Assembly (NCBI GenBank): GCA_015064855.1
Contig: SVRK01000003.1
Span: 158,594 to 222,593, forward strand
From: Oscillospiraceae bacterium
GTDB lineage: Bacteria > Bacillota > Clostridia > Oscillospirales > CAG-272
Direction of reading: 5' to 3'
Length of the DNA: 64,000 bases
The notes under the pieces are model-generated. The model was not told where the DNA came from, searched no databases, and worked only from the letters and a program-made list of their open reading frames with translations. The translations under genes were made by a program, and so were the position numbers. Below, one piece after another: positions 60,601 to 64,000 of the stretch; position 1 is the first letter of the stretch; each line of letters opens with the position of its first letter.

Positions 60601-60701
60601 AGATTTCATATATTCAATATCAAGAAAAATCAAGCCTTGACGTAGTCGTTGGAGATTACACACTAAAAGCAATTAACGTAAATACAGCATACGAAGAATA
60701 A
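57636..60701 (+). CDS. Secreted protein with two BspA-type leucine-rich-repeat blocks and two Cys-rich (CxxC) modules
   Basis: Signal peptide ..AFAFSVNA. LRR_5-like stretches (..LTYIGVNAFNEN.., ..VEYIGSNAFVET.., ..IEPYAFKDL..). CxxCG clusters around aa 370-460 and 770-870. No LPXTG or SLH anchor seen. Confidence 0.75.
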   Translation: MKKRLTLFILLVLLLAVAFAFSVNAATQVADDGTNLTLGACTIEGLDGVTIPSPTSGLVYTLDEKTGKAYVSGRGTFAGGDLVFPSSVTYEGVTYPLTKINSGLFQNLTYNIYVPDSVTLIAGGPSSGTFGNSTISKVYIGSGLTSFEQETFSGSKGYEVFICKSQLTYIGVNAFNENRPSDNGTTIEIDFSKVTRFEDRACAGASFLKYTSITLSPNVEYIGSNAFVETRVKGSVIVPENCQLGDRCFNGTSFEQVVIKVAKGTTRQLPLELFSGATAGLTVIFTGTVEANQDHVFSGNSMSVYMQSYDDINTLVSTAAEKSGNERIASATFYACKEGKSYTAAKDGTITENGVGQHAYDTVPTHFPADCSNYEKDSYICYVCGYEDVVFEGTEYGDHVIKTTVKEPTCQSNGYYEYVCTVCGYSESAHIVPKNNHSATVITYKSNGTQYLTVTKSCEFCNEVVETERVDLVNKCYIDGYGFFDATMDYVSVDANGVATPGAAGFDNAVIYFPSYAMVDGRAVEVKTVQGFKAKSIKGIYIPDTVTRIAGGGGAGCFGDISVLKNVVVGKGVTAIEQETFCMGNGATLDEFIFKGTITRIEPYAFKDLRQASGDIPYEFNTALTYVGTQVNSKGSVIREAKIEKNCQIAAKAFNDANALLTVYIEGGDTPETALDLGQEFTSNTCTKYWYIKGYVTVSGQAVLSGQDNSRIYMESTAAIDLFANAIKAQGYNDRINKAVFMDCGEDKAWYVSNSADRVASSVAYSHNGVFTETNSTCTQEGIREEICFVCGETVSSEVVERKEHVFDGGVITSMPTDSEAGEIVYTCLICYQTETKEIAPISGEHGLEIFLAYDNGFGSKGLETSVCHDCDCVLTRELEPIFIVLGYSVSEEKTSIISRSKINSEALKYYEAYSGEMEIGFIVAGASDVMSKGLVDEDNRLVSGIVGCQIIMQDRDFMNLEIKLFGITTEASRAYNFIFAAYVVDKDKISYIQYQEKSSLDVVVGDYTLKAINVNTAYEE

Positions 60702-60710
60702 AATTCAAAT

Positions 60711-60750
60711 AAAAAAGCCGGTATGGTAAAATCCCATATCGGCTTTTTAT
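60711..60750. terminator. Bidirectional terminator between convergent genes
   Basis: AAAAAGCCGGTATGG-TAAAAT-CCCATATCGGCTTTTT (one mismatch). Confidence 0.75.
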
Positions 60751-62033
60751 TATTTGTTTTCGGTTTCTTTTTTGCTAAGATTTTCTTTAGCAACAACAAG
60801 CATAAGCTTGATTCTGTTTTCTTGGTTAACTCTTGTCGCACCAGGGTCATATTCAATATCTACGATATTGAGTCGTGGGTCAACACGTCTAACCTTGTTC
60901 ATCATACCTTTTGCGGCAACGTGACAGGGTAGGCAGCCGAATGGTTGAACAATAACGATATTTTCATATCCGTGGTCGGCAAATTCTAGCATTTCAGCGG
61001 CTAAATACCAGCCCTCACCCATACTGTTTCCGACATTTATAACGCCCTCGGCTCTTTTCTTTAGGTCGTTTACCCTTTCAGGTGGAACAAAATTAGGGTT
61101 TGCTTCAATGGCGGATATTAAAATGTCCTCCATCTTGAACATATATTTCATAGCAACCTCTAAAATCGCTTTTTTTGCCTTGTTTCCGCCATAAAGCCTT
61201 AAGTCCTCAAGTGCACCGTTTGTTTTGTATATACCAAATCCTAGAATGCTTGGAACGTAAACCTCGCAGTCTTGTTCTGCCAAAAATTCTTCCAAATGGT
61301 TGTTGCCGGGGGCTGAATATTTTAAGAATAATTCGCCAATAACCGCAACCTTAACCTTTGGAGTTTTTTCTATTTTAATAGAAGCAAAATCATCGGCTAT
61401 TTCTTTTAAATTCTTTTTTATAGCTCTTTTTGAGAAACCGCGTCCCTTCAAAAATGTATTGCCAAGCCTTTCAGTCCACTTGTTAATCATCTGGTCGGTT
61501 TCGCCCTTGTTTACCTCATAAGGACGAACTTGATTGCTGACAATCATAATCATATCGCCATAAATAAGACCGGCTAAAGCCATAAGAAGCGATCTTGGTG
61601 TTAAATCTACGCCTGAATTAAGCTCAAGTCCCCAAATATTTGCAGAAATAAAAGGAACGTTTGGATAACCTGCTTTTTCAAAAGCCTTACGCATTAGATT
61701 GATATAGTTACTGTCACGACAGCCACCGCCCGACTGAGTAATTACCATTGCAACCTTGTCAGGGTCGTATTTTCCGCTTTTCATTGTGGCAAGCATTTGT
61801 CCTGTTGTCAACATAGCTGGATAGCACATATCGTTGTTTACGTATTTAAGCGCAAGCTCAAGTACCTCTGGCCCGTCGTTTTCCATAATTTCAATCTTAA
61901 AGCCCTGTCTTAAAAGAATTGGCTTTAAAATCTTAAAATGAATAGGAGCCATGCTTGGAGAGAGGATAGTGTAGTCCTTTTTCATTTTTCGAGTGAATTT
62001 TATTCTATCTCTATGATGTGAATTCTTACTCAT
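60750..62033 (-). CDS. 2-hydroxyacyl-CoA dehydratase-related (HgdB/D-component-like) protein
   Basis: 427 aa. ..NNDMCYPAM.. and ..QSGGGCRDSNY.. resemble the dehydratase/activase-related family. Overlaps the upstream activase gene by 8 nt. Confidence 0.7.
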   Translation of the reverse strand: MSKNSHHRDRIKFTRKMKKDYTILSPSMAPIHFKILKPILLRQGFKIEIMENDGPEVLELALKYVNNDMCYPAMLTTGQMLATMKSGKYDPDKVAMVITQSGGGCRDSNYINLMRKAFEKAGYPNVPFISANIWGLELNSGVDLTPRSLLMALAGLIYGDMIMIVSNQVRPYEVNKGETDQMINKWTERLGNTFLKGRGFSKRAIKKNLKEIADDFASIKIEKTPKVKVAVIGELFLKYSAPGNNHLEEFLAEQDCEVYVPSILGFGIYKTNGALEDLRLYGGNKAKKAILEVAMKYMFKMEDILISAIEANPNFVPPERVNDLKKRAEGVINVGNSMGEGWYLAAEMLEFADHGYENIVIVQPFGCLPCHVAAKGMMNKVRRVDPRLNIVDIEYDPGATRVNQENRIKLMLVVAKENLSKKETENK

Positions 62034-64000
62034 TTCCTACCTCCTTGCTTTGTTGCTCAATAGCCGCAATAAGGCTTCTTAAACGTATTTTAATAGCGCC
62101 GAGGTTTGTTACCTCGTCAATTTTAATTTGTGTATATAAATTGCCGTGATATTCAAGAAGCGTACGCACCTCATCTGTTGTTAACGCATCAAGACCGCAA
62201 CCAAAGGAAACAAGATGTACAAGATACATATCGTCTTGCTCAGCAACGTATCTGGATGCAGAGAAGAGTCTTTGGTGGTATGTCCATTGGCTCAAAAGAT
62301 TAACCTTGAATTTAGGAGACAAATGAGCTACCGCATCCTCTGAAATTACAGCAAAGCCAAGAGCACAAATAAGCTTGTGAATTCCGTGGTTGATTTCAGG
62401 GTCTGCGTGGTAAGGACGACCGGCTAAAACAATTATCTTTTTGCCCTCGCGTCTTGCCTCGTCAACAATACGCTTGCCCTCGTTCTTAACGTCAGCCATA
62501 TAGCTGTCATATGCTTCGTACGCCTTTTTACAAGCGCGTTTGATTTCGCTAGACTTGAACTTGCCAAAATGCTTTTCCATCACTAGCTTTATGCGCGAAG
62601 GGAAGGCACGGCGGTTGTGAGGGCCGACATAATCGTTTATATATTTAATATTACCAAAATTGAGCGTGTTAGCCTCAATAACCTCTGGGTATCCGGCAAT
62701 TACTGCACAGTTGTAGCAGTTTTTTGCTTTTTTCTCGTTAAAATTGTATGTAAGACAAGGATAGAAAATAGCGTCAACATCCATTTCAATGAGCTTTTGA
62801 ATGTGTCCGTGTACCATTTTTGCCGGGAAACAAACAGTGTCTGATGGAATAGTTCCTTGACCCTTTAAATAGAGCTTTCTATTTGAAAAGCCACTCATCT
62901 TAACTGTAAAGCCAAGCTCTCTAAAGAAAGCGTTCCAAAATGGATATAGCTCGTACATATTAAGAGCCATAGGAAGACCAATGATACCGCGCTTACCGTC
63001 ACCCTCTGGAAGAGTGGCGAGCTTTTTCAGCTTGTATTCATAAAGGTTTAAGGAGTCATCCTGTGCTTTATTTGTAACAGGCTTTTCACAACGGTTACCG
63101 CCAATAAACCTTCTTCCGTTACCGAAGTCGTTTATTGTAAGGTTACATTTGTTGTTACATCCCTTGCAGGTAACGGTTTTTATTGTATATGAGAAGTTTT
63201 TGAGTTCCTCGTAAGAGAGAATAGAAGAATAGCCCTCGTGCTTTTTCATTTGATTTGCATAAAGAGCCGCGCCATATGCGCCCATCATACCCGCAATATC
63301 AGGGCGGATAACATTAACACCGATTTCTTGCTCAAAGGCACGCAAAACTGCATTATTTAAGAAGGTTCCACCTTGAACTACAATCTTTTTGCCAAGCTCG
63401 TCAGCGGAATGAACTCTTATAACCTTATAAAGAGCGTTTTTAACAACGCTTATAGATAAGCCTGCTGAAATATTATCAACAGTAACGCCTTCCTTTTGTG
63501 CTTGCTTAACAGATGAATTCATAAATACAGTACATCTGGAGCCTAGGTCTACAGGCTTTTTGCCAAAGAGACCAAGGTTGGCAAACTCATCAATCGGATA
63601 ACCAAGCGAGCTTGCAAATGCTTGTAAGAACGAGCCACAGCCGGATGAGCATGCCTCATTCAAGAAGATATTGTCGATTGCCCCATTGCGGATTTTAAAG
63701 CATTTCATATCTTGTCCGCCGATGTCGATGATAAATTCAACGTCTGGCATGAAGTATTTAGCCGCTGTAAAGTGAGCAACCGTTTCAACCACACCAATAT
63801 CAATACCCAGTGCGTTTCTCATCATATCCTCGCCATAGCCTGTTACAGCACTGGATACAATTTTTACATTAGGATATTTTTCATACATTTCAAGCAAGGT
63901 GTCCTTGACAACATCAATGGGCTTGCCTTGGTTTGATTGATATTTCGAGAAGATTATAGCGCCGTCCTTGTCGGTTAAAACAACCTTTAAGGTTGTAGAG
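62026..64000 (-). CDS. BcrAD/BadFG-type CoA-enzyme activase fused to a DUF2229-like domain (5' end outside the window)
   Basis: ATPase motifs DIGGQDMK and ACSSGCGSF, then a Cys cluster CKGCNNKC and a C-terminal DUF2229-like region. The reading frame stays open past 63897 to the window edge (..TTLKVVLTDKDGAIIFSKYQSNQGKPIDVVKDTLLEMY). Confidence 0.8.
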   Translation of the reverse strand, partial: STTLKVVLTDKDGAIIFSKYQSNQGKPIDVVKDTLLEMYEKYPNVKIVSSAVTGYGEDMMRNALGIDIGVVETVAHFTAAKYFMPDVEFIIDIGGQDMKCFKIRNGAIDNIFLNEACSSGCGSFLQAFASSLGYPIDEFANLGLFGKKPVDLGSRCTVFMNSSVKQAQKEGVTVDNISAGLSISVVKNALYKVIRVHSADELGKKIVVQGGTFLNNAVLRAFEQEIGVNVIRPDIAGMMGAYGAALYANQMKKHEGYSSILSYEELKNFSYTIKTVTCKGCNNKCNLTINDFGNGRRFIGGNRCEKPVTNKAQDDSLNLYEYKLKKLATLPEGDGKRGIIGLPMALNMYELYPFWNAFFRELGFTVKMSGFSNRKLYLKGQGTIPSDTVCFPAKMVHGHIQKLIEMDVDAIFYPCLTYNFNEKKAKNCYNCAVIAGYPEVIEANTLNFGNIKYINDYVGPHNRRAFPSRIKLVMEKHFGKFKSSEIKRACKKAYEAYDSYMADVKNEGKRIVDEARREGKKIIVLAGRPYHADPEINHGIHKLICALGFAVISEDAVAHLSPKFKVNLLSQWTYHQRLFSASRYVAEQDDMYLVHLVSFGCGLDALTTDEVRTLLEYHGNLYTQIKIDEVTNLGAIKIRLRSLIAAIEQQSKEVGNE

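Noticed and set aside
60723-60932. 69-aa + strand ORF downstream of the LRR protein gene.
   Set aside because: It begins inside the bidirectional terminator and runs antisense through the 3' end of the dehydratase-like gene. It has no RBS.

Overview
This window looks like core chromosome from an AT-rich, anaerobic Firmicute, probably Clostridia judging by gene content; the taxon is an inference. Almost all of it is coding, and I see no transposase, integrase, phage gene or CRISPR array.

Gene order, left to right:
- + strand: Gfo/Idh/MocA oxidoreductase, coaE, M18 aminopeptidase, Eda aldolase fused to a VOC domain, prfA, tsaC/sua5, and a ParC-type topoisomerase A subunit.
- An unusual intergenic block: three tandem 184-nt structured repeats next to tRNA-Leu(GAG).
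- + strand: miaB, ylbF-like, mutS, mutL, tgt, and a CE4 deacetylase.
- - strand: a stand-alone DUF11 protein, then a complete F1Fo ATP synthase operon (atpIBEFHAGDC).
- + strand: pepD and a 761-aa orphan lipoprotein.
- A hexuronate cluster: uxaCAB (-) and a divergent GH4 hydrolase (+).
- A 5'-nucleotidase (+).
- A nine-gene aromatic amino-acid to arylacetate operon (-): Na+/solute symporter, PaaK, IorA, IorB, PaaK, ACT, amidohydrolase, aminotransferase.
- An alpha/beta hydrolase (+).
- A minus-strand cluster: cardiolipin synthase, three paralogous small membrane proteins, an internal-repeat protein, an OmpR/HK two-component system and a polytopic membrane protein.
- A beta-lactamase-fold hydrolase (-), then FprA, a ZIP transporter and rubredoxin (+).
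- A 1021-aa secreted LRR/Cys-rich protein (+).
- A BcrAD/BadFG-type activase with a dehydratase-like partner (-), running off the right edge.

Signals most worth a second look:
1. The tandem, terminator-capped RNA-like array at 9036-9656. It shows compensatory base changes and has no downstream gene.
2. A 51-nt double-hairpin element present twice (14776 and 30776). Its second stem is fully rewritten between the copies but still pairs.
3. The uncharacterised two-component/small-membrane-protein/cardiolipin-synthase module at 47.4-53.6 kb, where two promoters share an AACAAAAC-N16-TAnAAT architecture.
4. A two-carboxylate, Na+-type ion-binding signature in the ATP synthase c subunit.

All functional calls come from reading the supplied translations for motifs and family resemblance. 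No database search was run.
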